64,000 bases of DNA from Octopus sinensis (GCF_006345805.1 NW_021833807.1:13991-77990), one strand, 5' to 3'; shown: positions 36,927-50,296, numbered from the stretch's first letter. Notes: generated from the letters alone by a model not told the origin. Numbers and translations are program-made.

Positions 36927-39832
36927 CTAGTCAACTTTGCCTATATAAATTCAGCACCGAACCAATTTTTAGAACAAATGAAAATCACATACATGTCTTC
37001 TTAGCACATTCAACTTTTTTGTACTTCTGCGAATTTAGATTACTATCCCAACTTTACAAAGACATTCTATACATTCCCTCACTGCCAAAATCTTGTATTC
37101 GTAGATCCATTTATCATTCAGATTATAATATTTGCCATCATGAAAACATCCTTCAAAACTGATGTCATCGTCGATTACGTAATCTTTTTATTATTAACAA
37201 AACATTTAAACTTCTTATAGAGATACAGCATCCTCTCTTTATAAAGCTCGGATCGTTTGGCTCGTACCCCTCCGGACAGGGCTTATTTGTACAATAAAAG
37301 TCATAAGGACTCTAATAATTAGAAAGAAAAAAGATACCGTGCAATAACAGAGAATACATGGTTTATACCCTTCTCCGAATATATAGGGATGCCAAGCACT
37401 CCCAATTGAGTACATCCTCCTGTCTCCGTCATAATAACACATCCCTCGATAAATATGAACTATAAAACATTTGAAGGGTAATAGAGGACAACCAGGGCAT
37501 TCGGGACAACACCGTTCGTCAGATTGGCGATATGACTGGCAGGAGGGGCATAGAATTTTATCACATTTCGCTTTGCCTCTCTAAAATTAAGGGATAAATT
37601 AATGTCATTACGTCACACGAGCAGGTTTTACATGAAATTGTCCAAATATCTCCATCATTGTGAACTATTCCTCGGTTAAAGTCATAGCATTTGTCTCGTT
37701 CCACTAATTGGTTGATGTCTGGGATGACAAAATCATCTTGTGCTATGAAAGTTACCGCGTGGCAAATAATATTCAACATAATCTACAAATTTAAAATTAT
37801 ATTAAGAACAGGACGACTTGAGATTTGATTTGATTTTTTTGAAAGAATAAACACGACTTTCCCTTGGCTTAGTTTGAGAGCGAAATCAGGAGTTATCTGT
37901 GAAAATACCCCCTTTTAGCTTTATATTTTATTTGATCACTTGGGAAAATGTCTGCAGTTCAAATTTTAATAATTGTCGAAGACTTATGTTATTGTCAATT
38001 TCTTTCATTTCAATTTCAATCTTGCTTATTTTTTGGTTTATTATGTTTGGAAAATGAACCAGAAAGTCTATTTGACATTCTTTGGAAAGCTTGATATAAA
38101 TAACACATAAAAATTGGTTTTTAGTATATTTTTCACGGTCATATACAATGATCGGACTTTTAGCTGAATTTTAGAATTTTATAATACAAATACATAAATA
38201 TCCTGTTATTGGTACTGATTCAACCATGCCGGTGATAGAACCACTCATCCCAGTTAGGGATAATACAATCTCTTCATCAGCAATTGCCTGAGCTAAGGGA
38301 ATGTCGATTGGAAGGTTGGAGCATTCAATCTGACTGTTCATAAAAGTCGTTTTACTTTGCAGTGAAGACGACAATGATCTGTACATTCATTCTTCAAGTT
38401 GTACTCTAATCCTAAAATTCCATAATATAAATGAATTCTTATTATTTCATCTTTTAAAAAATAGGCTTTAATCTATTGATTTAAAAATTGTTTTTACGTA
38501 GAAATCTATTTCCGTAGGACCAACGTTGAGCGTGACTACTCCAACATCCCCAGGTCTGCTTCGAGACTCAAGTACTCCACTAAAGCCTAAAAACTATTCA
38601 ATTGAGTTAACTTTGACAAGTCGGCTTCAATTTTAAAGAACCAGTAAACACAAGCCCGTCTTGATCGACAAACTTTAAATGGAGACTGAATAAAAGTAAA
38701 TTTATGACAGGAAGAGTTAATGTCCCATTTATAGTGTTAGACTGTTTGATGTATAAAGAGAAATCGAATTATACTTTGTTATTGACTAATTGGCTGTCAT
38801 TTGCTATTAAGTGAAAATTTTCGTACAGAAATATGTCACATTTTGTTTCTGTTTTTTCTTCTATTAATGATTAAAATATTTATTAAACCTTTAAATTGAA
38901 TGGAATATACTAATTTATTATCAATTAATTCAAATAAGCAGAATATATGGTCACTTTTATTTCTTAAAACAGAAAAAAGAGAAACTAAACTATATAAAAA
39001 TAAATAACCTTGACGAATGTTTAAAGACTTTATAAGTTGTCCAGTAAATGTCTTTTCATTCTCAATCATGTGAATTACAATCGAGGCTGATTGATTTAAA
39101 CTCAAAGTTGATTCAGAAGAAACACAAAACAATAATTATTTATTAATAGTAATACAATATTCGAAGTATTCTGAAATTTAGCTGCAGGCTTTTCAAATAA
39201 AATCTCGTCGCCGTATACGAGAGATGTAATAATCTGATCATTTTCAAGATCAGCGAAATCTCTAACAGTAATCTTCAAAAATTACTCTGAAAAATATATT
39301 GACAAGATTGTAGTTTTATTCAATATTCGAATATTAACTACTCCATAAATATCACCCGTCTGGTCTTTAATCAACGAATACAATTCATTTTTAGGGGTAC
39401 CATCCTTTTTTCTACTTTGTTTCTGTATTGAGTAATCCATTTGTAGTGAGTCTGTGGTAATATTTTAAAATTTATGTTGTTTACCATTGTCGTAAACGTC
39501 AATCTCATCAATACAAACCTTACAACACTTTCCTGTATCATATTTCACCTTCTGACAGTTAAGAGGCTCACATTTGAGATGCAAATAGTCACAAATTATG
39601 TCACCGAGCGAAGAGCACTCGCACAAAAGACAATAGTTTTTGTTCAAGTCTTCAGATTTAGGATAAAATTTTTCTCCAATACCAATAAATTCCCCATCAT
39701 ATACACAGCCTATGGAAGATATATTATCTTAATAATACCTCCCTCCACCGGATAACTTATAGACTTTCCATCTTGAAAGGGTAAAAAGTGAGTCGGAAAA
39801 ATATTACTAATATATAAAAGTATTCCAATCAT
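36927..39832 (-). CDS. CHRD: Chordin-like secreted BMP antagonist: signal peptide, VWC1, long middle region, three C-terminal VWC
   Basis: GCVYDGEFIGIGEKFYP...YCLLCEC...CCKVC (CR1); CYYDGDRRMYSIGSAWHPYIFGEGYKPCILCYC closely resembles chordin CR3; CR2 and CR4 also present; introns about 24-33 nt. The exact 3' end is uncertain. Confidence 0.75.
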
Positions 39833-40010
39833 TGTGTTTGTTTGCGTAAAATAGTTTATTTATTTACATAATAAATTAACACTCTTGGTTAATTGTCTAG
39901 AAATTAGAATTTAATAAAAATTATAAAAATAAAAACAATTCTTTTGTTAATTTTTAGATATATTAATTAGAATTTTAATATATATAGCGCTTTTCGACAA
40001 TTGCTGTGTG

Positions 40011-41190
40011 ATGGTTTGTAACAATATATAATGAGTATTACAGGACGATAGTAGTTCAAGTGATTTTTCTATTGAAGAAATTGATGAATATTTTCGTAAT
40101 TATCAAGAAGACGATGTAATAACTTCCAATGTAGATCAGTTTAAGGAAATGTTGCAATCCACTAATCAACAAATTCAGGCGTATTTTCTTCATTTGTTAA
40201 AATTTAAGTATTACTGGAAAGCCCCATAAAATCTATTATGAAAGTATACTTACAACTCCAGCTAAACACTCGTAAGAAAAATTCTATATAAAACACACAG
40301 AATCTCAAAAACTGACAAGAATTCTTCTAAATCCAAAATAATGGCAATTGGGACTTATCAGGACTCAGTTAATTACCAGAAAGTCTCATCTCCTGATTTG
40401 TTTGTAGAACAGAACACTGTAGAAGAGGTAGGTCATTTGTCTTATTGTCAGTCAATGACTTCGAAGGCAGTTCCCGGCAAGCTTTTGAATCCGATTTTTT
40501 CAACTCCTACTCAAAAAATAATAGTTTTCGTTATATTATCTTAAAATAGAATCGAGAGTGTTTTTCGACTAATAAGCAGAATTCAAAACTGACTAAAATT
40601 GTTAAAGCCGTCAAATCTGTAACTAAAAAACAAGAATTTAGTCACAAAAAAGTACAAAATATTTAAAATATGAAAGGCATGGCAGCAGTTTGACAACAAA
40701 CCAGTGGAGACTGATAGACATTTGGAGAAACGTAAGGCAGAACTAGAAAGAAAGGTGTTGGAGATGAAAAAGAGTCGAGAATTGAGACAAAAGTTGGTTC
40801 AGGAAAGAAGAAATGAAATACAAGCAAAAATCAATAAAAAGGAAATTACAAAAACGCCGGCAAAAAAGCATGTTGAAGTGATCCAGGTCCAAGAAAAGCG
40901 CGAAGAAAGTTATGACATTAGCAATTTAAAGGAGGATTATTTTGATGATGAGACTTGTCCTGAGAATGAGATCCCTGAATGGGCCCGATCCAGTTGTGAA
41001 CTGTAAGTTATGTGTAGAGGAGCTAATTTTGGAGCAATGTCGTCACCAATTGAAGGAAAATATAGACCCTGTCCGTATTTTTGGAAAATTGGATCTGTCA
41101 AAGGTCAATGAGATGTTTGCATCGTTCGGAGTTCAAGATTATGGACACGACGATACAGTGTGGGACAAAGAACCAGTTTGTCAAAGCTGA
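40011..41190 (+). CDS. INCENP: INCENP-like protein (coiled coil + Aurora-B-binding IN-box)
   Basis: YDISNLKEDYFDDETCPENEIPEWARSKELILEQCRHQL...RIFG...VWDKEP after a 25-nt intron. The ATG is followed directly by a 30-nt intron. Confidence 0.65.
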
Positions 41191-41356
41191 AGAATATTTG
41201 ACAGATAACAAAAATATGTTGTTTTCTATGCTATATTATATACAAAATAGTGAGAAGTAACAATCAAATAATTTTTCTAAGGATTAATTAGTTTTAGCAT
41301 TCTTTTGTGGAATTTTCAATTCTGCTTTATCCAAAATATCATCGTCACATTCTTGT

Positions 41357-41738
41357 ATTAGTTCAAGCTTTTTTGTGCCTGATTTTTGTGATTTTGACAC
41401 TGCATTATTGCTACAATTCATTTACCTGAATATTGATAAACCCTACTTCCTCTGGCTTTTTTCAATATTTTTTCTGAATATTCAGAACTCCTTTCTACTT
41501 CTATATTAAATCCACTTTCACATGTCATAATGAGTTTACAGATATCTTTGTAACTTTTATTTTTAAAATTTATATTGTTGATTTTTAAAATGACGTCGTT
41601 AACTTGTAAACCAGCTCTTTCAGCAGGCGAATTGGGGATTATCTCATTTATTATGTGAGTTTTTTGACCCGGAATCGAATCCAAGACCATTCCGTATATA
41701 CAGTCTGGGCGTTTCAATATTATTCTGCGTTCATTCAT
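41357..41738 (-). CDS. PDZ-domain protein (partial model)
   Basis: YGMVL...INEIIPNSPAERAGLQVNDVILKINN; 5' exons probably extend to about 42050. Confidence 0.7.
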
Positions 41739-42614
41739 TAGAGCACAAAGGTTAAAATTTATTCATAGACTTAAAAAAATAACTTTAAATTTATTGTGTT
41801 AATTAATAAAAATAATAAATTATCTCGAATTTACAAAAATTATCAATTTATAATCAGTCAAACTGAGGCTTTTACTTGGTAAAGAATTCATTTCAACAAA
41901 TCCGTCTGAAACAACATAATTCATACTAGTTTGGGTCTTTGGCTTCCTTACACTGATCGACAAATCAACTTCCAGCGATTTCTGCATAATACTTAACCGC
42001 TACGAGCATCAAAAAAGTGTTTGCACTAGTAAAGATATTTCACAATAATTTTTATCGTGTATTTGTTTTGCATGACTTCTTAAATTTTGTTCTACAATAA
42101 ATGGATCATTGTAATTCTACTAACATCGACAGCAAATCAATTCATAATCCATTCTAGATTGCATTTTTTACTCTCTCTATTTAGATATCAAAAAGAAGAA
42201 CGAAAAAAATTTGGAATTCAAAGCTTTGATTACTTGGAAATGAAAACTATGCTCTGTCATATTTTTAATTCTTTTTTGATTTGGTAAACAGTTTGAATAA
42301 AAAATTATAGGATTTTTTATGTTCTGTTAATAATGGTAGAACTTTAGTACAACATTATGATTAAAAACAGAAATCAGTCATATGAATTATTCTAATGTAT
42401 TAGTGTTGCTTATATCCAGTCAATCGTGATCAAGAGAACATTAGAAAGCATGCGCCTGGAGTATAAACTCTTTTCTACAGCGGCGAAGCATGCAATTAAA
42501 TCGGACTCGAGAACTACTACAAAAGTGGCCTGCCCTGTAAAATGGATAAGTGTACCCGTCGAAGACATTTGTTCGGGCTCGAAGAGGAGAATCGACTGAA
42601 AGCAGACACAATAA

Positions 42615-43080
42615 TTAAAAATCAATTTTATCTGGACTTTTCGAATTATAAAACAGCCAGCGAGATCCTCTGAATAAGGAATATAAACTCCCTCGTATCT
42701 CTGCGCGATAGGTGCACAGACAATCAAGTTTCTTAAGATGAGCAAGCGTCTTGGCCCCAAAAACACAGGAAGTCTCGACGGCAATTGTCCAAAAGCAAAA
42801 TCGATTGCGTAAATCCTCGTATTTCGTTAGTTTCGCAAATTCGGCCTTCTCGGCCAACGAACCGGGTCGACAAGCCGTGGAATTCAAGGCTCCATTGGCG
42901 AAAGAGTCAGCACAGGTGACGTCCCAAACAAGCTGGTTCTCGGATTCAAAAGCGAAAAGCGTATAGCCGTCAAGACGTTTTGCATCTTCAAGGTCGAGGC
43001 CCGTCGGTTCCAGAACTGAAGGGAAACCAGCTCTTTCCAGAGCTTTTTGAATCTTTCCAGAGTCTATAAGGCGGAGAGAG
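42615..43080 (-). mobile_element. Degenerate CRE-like 3' fragment (family G)
   Basis: RAGFPSVLEPTGLD...KRLDG...VWDVTCADS...IAVETS. Confidence 0.8.
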
Positions 43081-43502
43081 ATTATACAGAAGGTGGTGTA
43101 TATATACAACATAACTTGTCATCGCGCAACTGGAGAGTCATCATTTTGGTTAGTCTCTTTATTTACTCACTCTATTGTACGGAATAACAAGTTTTAATAT
43201 TTTGACACGTGGAGCCGCAGAAGAAGAGATTAACTCAGAATCGAAAGAAACGGAATTATCCTTAGAAGTAAAAATTCATAATGAAAAGTATAAAAGCAAA
43301 GTTACAGAAGACGCAAATGAAAATTGTCAAAAAAGATATCAAAATTGGAAATAATGTTACAATTAAAATTGATTTCAATAAAAAATGACGAACTTATTGT
43401 TAATAAACGAAAAGAGTTAAAATGCGCAGCGAATCGACTGGCAATTCCCGCGCAATAAAAATATAAAAACAAGAAAATGTAGTTATGTGTGGTTATAGAT
43501 TC

Positions 43503-43776
43503 TGTGACAGGTAAGAGGCGGAACCACGCCGGAGGCGGAACCTGGAGGCGGAATTTTTAATAAACAATAATTTTTTGATTTAATTTTCATTGGAAAAGCA
43601 TTTAGGGTTAGGGTTAGTTTTTCACTTGGGGAAAAAGTGAAATAAAGTTGAGCAAAAAATGTATATTTGAGTGTTTTAATAAATATTTTAGTGTACAATT
43701 TTAATTTTAAAAAAAATTTGAAAAATTCCGCCTCCAGGTTCCGCCTCCGGCGTGGTTCCGTCTCTTACCTGTGACA
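43503..43776. mobile_element. 274-bp MITE of the TGTCAC (Ginger-like) type
   Basis: About 55-bp TIRs with 3x GGCGGAA; ends TGT(G/C)AC; 5-bp TSD GATTC at 43498-43502 and 43777-43781. Confidence 0.85.
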
Positions 43777-44039
43777 GATTCATTTTCAAAATTCGCAGCC
43801 GTAAAATTAGCTATACGGAAATCCGCGGCGAAAATTACGAAAAAATTAATGAATGTTTTTATGATGATTGACCCCCCATTCATTCTACATATGTTTTTAA
43901 ACGGAGAACCTGAAAAATGTAGAATGTAACAAAATACGTTATTGATTAAAAAAATTGATGATGTGGATTTTTCCCAAGTCTTGGTTTCAAATATCCGAAC
44001 TATGATGTCAAATATCCACATTGCGATATTAATGTAAAA

Positions 44040-44470
44040 ATTAAGTATTTAAAAAATATAAATGGATTTTTGTTCGTTCGGAATGAATACTTTTGTTAAA
44101 ACTATGAATACTTCTTCAAACAAGGGACAAAATATTCACATAATTGGAGCCATTAATGAGAACAAATTAATATATTTGGAACGAAAACGCAAACATTTTA
44201 AAAAAGAGGATTGTCAGTAAAGGTTCAGAAATATGATCAAAAGTACAAATGAAAAATATTCAGAAATTGGTATTGATAGACAACGCACTGGCACATTCAC
44301 AGTTAGAGAAAATGATAGAAGAATTTCGAGATATTGAAATTATAAGATTGGGACCTTACAGTAGACCATTAAATCCAATAGAGGAATGCTGAAGCGTGCA
44401 TACGAGTGAACTAAAAAGAAAAATGGCGATTAACTACATTCAACTTTGAGCAGGGAAAAACTCTTATATG
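44040..44470 (+). mobile_element. IS630/Tc1-like transposase remnant
   Basis: GQNIHIIGAI...LVLIDNA..H...LGPYSRPLNPIEE. Confidence 0.65.
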
Positions 44471-45329
44471 GGATTCTACATGCTGTGACACATTCTCCAG
44501 CGGGAACCTAGCCATGTCGGCCGTCAACCCAGACTTTGCTTCCAATCGCGCTGAACATATCTAAATAATCACAAAAATTGTTCCGCGTAGCCCCTGGATC
44601 TTTACGCGTACCCCTAGGCACATGTACCCCCGGTTAAGAAACCCTGCTGTAGAGCCAAATGTATGATCGGAAAATTTTCTGGAGTTTTGTTAAAAATAAA
44701 CACATGGGTCCAAATTGTACTAGTAATCGTTGTATTCTTTCACTGCCATTCTCTGATGTCAAAGAATCCTTTTTGGTTATAATGAAATTAAATTTTCAAT
44801 AATTTAATTGAAAGTTCTCATCAGAAAAAAATTAAAATAAAAGGGTTTCGCACCACTTTAATGTTGGGAGCTGCTGCTTTAAAATATTGAATTTTAAAAG
44901 AAACTTTGAAAAATAAATTTCCGAGAGATTTTTTAGGCAAGTTAAATATAGACCCAAAGCTTGTCATTACTTTGGTAGCCCCTGAATCTAGACTGCGCGT
45001 TGACATGAATCTGCCCATCCATGCACTATACGTGGGCCCTAAGAGGTTGAGGTTGATGGAGTAAAACAATACAAATAACGAAAACGGAAATTGAATAACT
45101 AACATGTTCTTTCCAGAGTTAAACTTTATTGCAAATATAGTTACTTTTTACTTATTTTCCGAGGCGTGGTGACAACAATATTTTTTTAGATTAAATAGTA
45201 TAAATTTTTTCAAGATAAAACCATAAATTTGAAATAGCAATGACGACTGAAATCACTTGCACCGCAAAAGATAAATTGACTGCTAATTCTGGTAGTTGTG
45301 TCACCAGGGAGGATTGATATACAAAGAAT

Positions 45330-45451
45330 GAATTGACGATTTCGGACTCGCAACCGTTGGCGATCCCCACCCGGAGTAGGTAAGGTGCAAATTCTGAGAT
45401 GAGGCGGGAACATACACTTCTCGCTGCCAATTTAGCGAAAGTAGTTTCCAA
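45330..45451 (-). mobile_element. Short CRE RT fragment
   Basis: TFAKLAARSVC...FAPY.LRVGIANGCES. Confidence 0.55.
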
Positions 45452-45539
45452 TTGCTATAACCAAGATTAATTGATTTAAAATCACCTTTTCAATAATCTG
45501 GCTATTATTGGATACTTGCTCTCTGAAAAAGTAGGAATT

Positions 45540-46130
45540 ACTGACATTTTTTTAATTTAACTCAAGAATCACTAACAGTTAATTAGGGTAATTAATTAGG
45601 TGATTCCAACAATCCTTAAGATTTTTCTCAGCTTTTCCCAATGTTAAACTCTGGACCCAATGCAAGTGCGGAACGGAAGGGGAACAGTTTTAGTAAGGAT
45701 TTGAATCGGGGTAATGTGCTTCAGACATTTCTGATACGCCGTCTTGAATTGTTGCCTTGAAATCATCCGTGGAGTCCGTATGGTGCAAACCGTTTTTGAT
45801 AATGAACAGAAGGCCCCCGCCAAGTCGGTTAAACCGGCCTAAGCGGATACAGTTATATCCCGGAAATGAGGGAGTAATAGAGGAAGGTGTTAATCTGGTT
45901 TCTTGCAAGGCAGCTACATAGATGTTATGTTTTTTGAGGGATGTCCGTAATTCAAGAACTTTCCCTCTTATTCCATTGATGTTTTGTTGGAGTATGATTA
46001 GATAGGGTCTCGATTTTCCTCCACATCGCCCGAAAGCAGAATGCTCAGGCCTTTCGTCCATCGGGGGCTGAGATCATGGGATTTTCGTCTGGATAATTCC
46101 AGCTGGGAAGAGTGCTTTCTCGAATTCTGT
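45540..46130 (-). mobile_element. Internally deleted APE-type LINE (endonuclease start fused to 3' end)
   Basis: ILQQNINGI...AALQET...GGGLLFII, then an abrupt switch at about 45690 to the 3'-end sequence shared with 21238-21365. Confidence 0.75.
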
Positions 46131-46143
46131 GCGCCTTCAGAGT

Positions 46144-46354
46144 TGTTGTTGTTGTTGCATAACCCCGGTCTCACATTAGGGTATGAGACCGGCGGCTAGC
46201 AGAAACAACAGCGCCTTCGCGGGTTGTTTGTCGATGTGGGTCACCTTCTCGTGGTGGCAAATGATAGTTTCTCATGGAATTAACTACCAAAAGACCCACA
46301 ACCTCCCCCCTGTCGGATCGGATACCTTCCGTGACGTTGGTGGCAGCAGAGCAG
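46144..46354 (-). mobile_element. 211-bp retroposed SINE-like or truncated LINE insertion with (CAA)n tail
   Basis: 13-bp TSD GCGCCTTCAGAGT at 46131-46143 and 46355-46367; 9-bp stem CCGGTCTCA/TGAGACCGG near the tail. Confidence 0.8.
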
Positions 46355-46927
46355 GCGCCTTCAGAGTCGTAACAACTGGTGAACTACATGATGCAACGTG
46401 ACAAAATTACTATAATTACTGACATTCAAAACTGGTTTGTAATAAAAAATGAAGTTTTTTTCATTAATTTTTGTCAATTATCTTAATTTTTAATGGCAAA
46501 CCTAATACCTAATAAAATAAGCCACATGTGAACACGCTGTTGATTTACTTTGTGGTGCTCTCTCAATTATTTGCTACACTTTATTTTTTTATCTGGATTC
46601 AGAAGGAATAATTCAAGATGTATTTTCCTTTAATGATTTAATTATCTGAAAGTTCATCATTTTTGTGATATTTTCGATTTTATTCCTTTAATCTACTTTT
46701 TTACTTATTTATACTTTTTGTGATATTTTTCTTTAATATCTATTTTTACTTTTTTTTTTATTTTATTTCTATTTTTACTTATTTCTTATTTATAATTTTT
46801 GTGGTATTTTTTGATTTTGTTCTTTTAATCTCCTTTTTTACTTATTTATACTTTTTGTGATATTTTTATAAAAAAATAATTTTAATATATTTTTTTTTAG
46901 AAATCAATGTAATTAAATGTGATAAAG

Positions 46928-47495
46928 TTAGTTAGAGGACTTCCCCGCTTCGTAGATGGAGAAACAGTTTCCTCGTACGATGGCAAGGGAAATCTTCTGA
47001 AGGAGCCAGCCCGTCTCGCGTGTGTCATTTCTCTTCAGAGAGATCAGACGTCCGAGCTTATAGAGGAAAGTCAAAGACTTTTCCCCAATGACCCCTGAAG
47101 TCTCGACAGCAACAGGGGCGAATAGATATCGCTCCGAGAGTTCTCTATATTTCGCAATCTTAAGCTTTTCTGTTCTAAGGGACACCGAACCGGCTGCGAC
47201 GGCTGACAAGGGAAGATTAGGTTCAGAGAAAGTATCTGAGCATGTCGCGTCCCAAATCAGCGACTTGCCGAACTCAAAGGGGAAGGTGGATAGACCGTCA
47301 GGTCTTTTTCCGTCTCCCCTAGCAAGCCCAGCCGGTTCTAGGATTGATGGAATACCGGCAGCATTGAGACCCCTCAAGACAACGTCATTTAAGCCTGTGT
47401 GGCGTGGTGCCCGCCCAGCACTGCGTCTGCAGGAAAGAGGGTGTAGACCGTACTGGTCGATCATGGCCCCACAGCGGCACAGTATTTTAATGTTG
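46928..47495 (-). mobile_element. CRE-like 3' fragment (family E)
   Basis: GLHPLSCRRSAGRAPRH...GKRPDG...WDATC...AVETSG...LAIVRGN. Confidence 0.85.
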
Positions 47496-47804
47496 CAAAT
47501 TTATTATGTCGCGAGCCGACCGAGCGCTAGACGCGACCAATCAAATTTACTCAATGTCAATCAATGTCAAAATAACCTATTTTATTGATAGATCAAGGAC
47601 AATTATTATTTCTGACTGTTATCTAACTTCTTGAGTCGTTTGGCATGTACTTTCATTACTGATCCATCACTATTTTCCACATTGACAAAATTGTTAGACA
47701 GTTTTGCAACAATAGTGAATGGATCCCCGTATGGATGTTCAAACCTGGTTAATCTCAAGGAAGGATTCGTCCCATAATCTTTTTGAATGCGAACCTTTTA
47801 AGAA

Positions 47805-48527
47805 GTAAAAGTAAAAAGATAGCCAAGCTAATTAAAGGCCTCACGAGACACCCGGCCAGCCTCGCCAATCCGTTCCCTCGGATCACAGAAATCGACAGAC
47901 GTTCCAGGAGCCAAGAATACTCTCTTGGATCGTGGCTAGTCCTTGAAATCCGTCGAGCGAGCGAAGGAAGCGGAGTGTCTTGGGGCCGAAGATCCCGGAG
48001 GACTCCACGGCAATTGGAGTAAAGAACAGCGATTTGGAGAGGTGGCCGTACTTGAGAATCTTTCGCTCCTCGGCCTGCCTCGAAGCGTGCCCAGGATAGG
48101 CGGCGGACAGAGCGAGATTTCCCAGCGAGAACGTGTCCGAACAGGTAGAATCCCAAATAAGGGATTTCCCCTGCTCGTATGGGAAGGTGGACATGCCGTC
48201 TGGGCGTTTGCCATCCCCTCTATCCAATCCAACAGGTTCAAGGATTGACGCGATGCCAGCTGAAGCGAGGGCTCTCTGTATGATCGAGTTGAGTTCACTG
48301 TGACGGGGGGCACGACCGGCACTCCGCCGGCAAGCGAGGGGATGCAAACCGTATTCGTCAACAATTCCCCCACAACGGCATTTGTGCGTCTGGCAGATTT
48401 TCAGCCCGACACGGAGGGAGATTGCAATTCTTAGGCATTCCTTGTCCACCAGGTTCCCGATGGAAGGGAGAGCCTTTAACCAGACACCGCTGCCTTCGCA
48501 GCGACCTGCACGGAGGCAAGCGATATA
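47805..48527 (-). mobile_element. CRE-like 3' fragment (family A, longest copy)
   Basis: CRCGGIVDEYGLHPLAC...RHSELN...KRPDG; shares 3' UTR with 930 and 4210. Confidence 0.9.
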
Positions 48528-49330
48528 TTTCCGGTGTTTCTTTTCGGTTGATATATATTTCCTCCAGTGCTGAAAACTCTTTCGCTTTCTACAGACGAAG
48601 CAGGAGCTGTTAAATATTTCAACGCCATTTTACTTAAGCGGGGAAATATATTCGTGAAGTTCTTCCACCACGTAAATATATTATCAGTTCGTGGTATTAA
48701 ATCTAGCTCTAAATAATTTTGAAGTTCCGTCAAATAGCAATGTTGGTAATTTTTCTCCATAGACATAATTCGGTTAGAAGATGAAATTTGAGAAAATATT
48801 TCTTCAAATGTTAATGTTTCCGAATTTTGTATTTTTGTCAAAGAAATGGCATTTTCAGATAACTTCGTGTCAGGAGAATTACTATCCTTCATATATTTAA
48901 CAATCAATTTTTTAATTCTTTCAATCATACAAGTCTTATGAAATCTTGTTTTAAATCTGGGATCCAATGTTGTTGTAATACATAGTGATTCGTTTTCAAA
49001 ATAAAAGGTAAATCTTTTATCAATAGAGGACATTAATTTTTCAATTGTTTCTTTGATTTCATAAAATTCACAAGATTCTTTTGCCTTTTCAAGAAATAAG
49101 AGAATTGTTTTGATTGAAGGAATAATCATGGAAGCAGTAGCACTCCTTTTGCTCGCTTCAATTGTTATTTCCTCAAATGGTTTCAAAATTTTAACAATTT
49201 TTTCTGCTGTTATTCACTGTATATCTGATAATATTGAAAGATTATTATCAATTGCAAATGTTACGAGAGCTTTTCGTTGTTCGATCACTCTCGATAACAT
49301 GTAATAAGTAGAATTCCATCTGATATTAAT
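48528..49330 (-). mobile_element. hAT (ZBED1/4-like) transposase C-terminal remnant; second copy 53187-53990
   Basis: RWNSTYYMLERV.EQRKAL...LDPRFK...WWK...FPRL.KMALKYLTAPASSVESERVFS. Confidence 0.85.
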
Positions 49331-49420
49331 ATCTCGAGTAGAATTCCATCGAAAATTTCCATACAACGCTCGAAATGTTAAACAAAATATTTAATTACAT
49401 TTTTAATAAAATAAATTATA

Positions 49421-50296
49421 TGTCACAGTCCAGACGTGCGTCACGCCGGACGTGAGTCACTTGTTAAAAATTTATAAAAATAAATAAAAAATAACTAAAT
49501 AGATATACCTTACTCCAATTATACCACATTAGTGTTTTTTATGTCTTTTTTTGGATAAAAGTTCATATTATTCACCCACAAAAAACAAACATAACGCATT
49601 TTTGACCCGACATAACGTTTTATCGATTAACTTGAATTTTTTTTATTTAAAAAAAATTTTAAAATATTAAAAATTATTTTTATCTCTTGGGCCTCTTGCA
49701 ATAATAGGAGTGATAACCGGCCTTGTAGCTAGCAATTTTTTGGACTGAAATCGAATAATTTAACTAATACCTGACAATAAGCACATTTTTCAATTATTTT
49801 GCTAATCTCTTCACGAGTTGCACCATATATCTTTCCCTTAAGCATAGAAAACATTTTATCTCTTCCAAAATGTACATAATTGTGTTCACACTAATCATAA
49901 TTAAATAAATTGATACTTCTATATATTTCAGCTTTAACTCTTGTTCTTCTATGCAGAATAATCTGACTTTTTTATTCTTTTGGTATATGTAGGCTATATT
50001 TTCCTCAATAAGTATTCGGTTAGCAATCCTACGTAATCTAAAACGTTCTCTTCTACTGATTCCGTCATCAAATGATCCAAATTGTTTAAAAGTTTTTATT
50101 TTCAATAAATCCTCTTGTGATAGTGTAATTAGAAACATTTGATAACGTGCAAAATTTAAAAATAAAATACAATAATATATAATATTAATTAAGAAATTGT
50201 GATTTTTGAATGATTTTATTATATAGAAAATATAAAAATATCCAAAATCTGACCAAGTGACTCACGTCCGGCGTGACTCACGTCTGGACTGTGACA
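49421..50296 (-). mobile_element. Ginger-like non-autonomous element; second copy 54072-54943
   Basis: 43-bp TIR TGTCACAGTCCAGACGTG(C/A)GTCACGCCGGACGTGAGTCACTTG; spliced HNYVHFGRDK...CAYCQ...PIIARGPRD; 26-nt introns 49891-49916 and 49745-49770; no clean TSD. Confidence 0.85.

Noticed and set aside
43602-43617. TTAGGG x2 (also near 8029-8040) as telomeric sequence
   Set aside because: Only two units, inside a MITE or AT-rich DNA; expected by chance or as TE-internal sequence.
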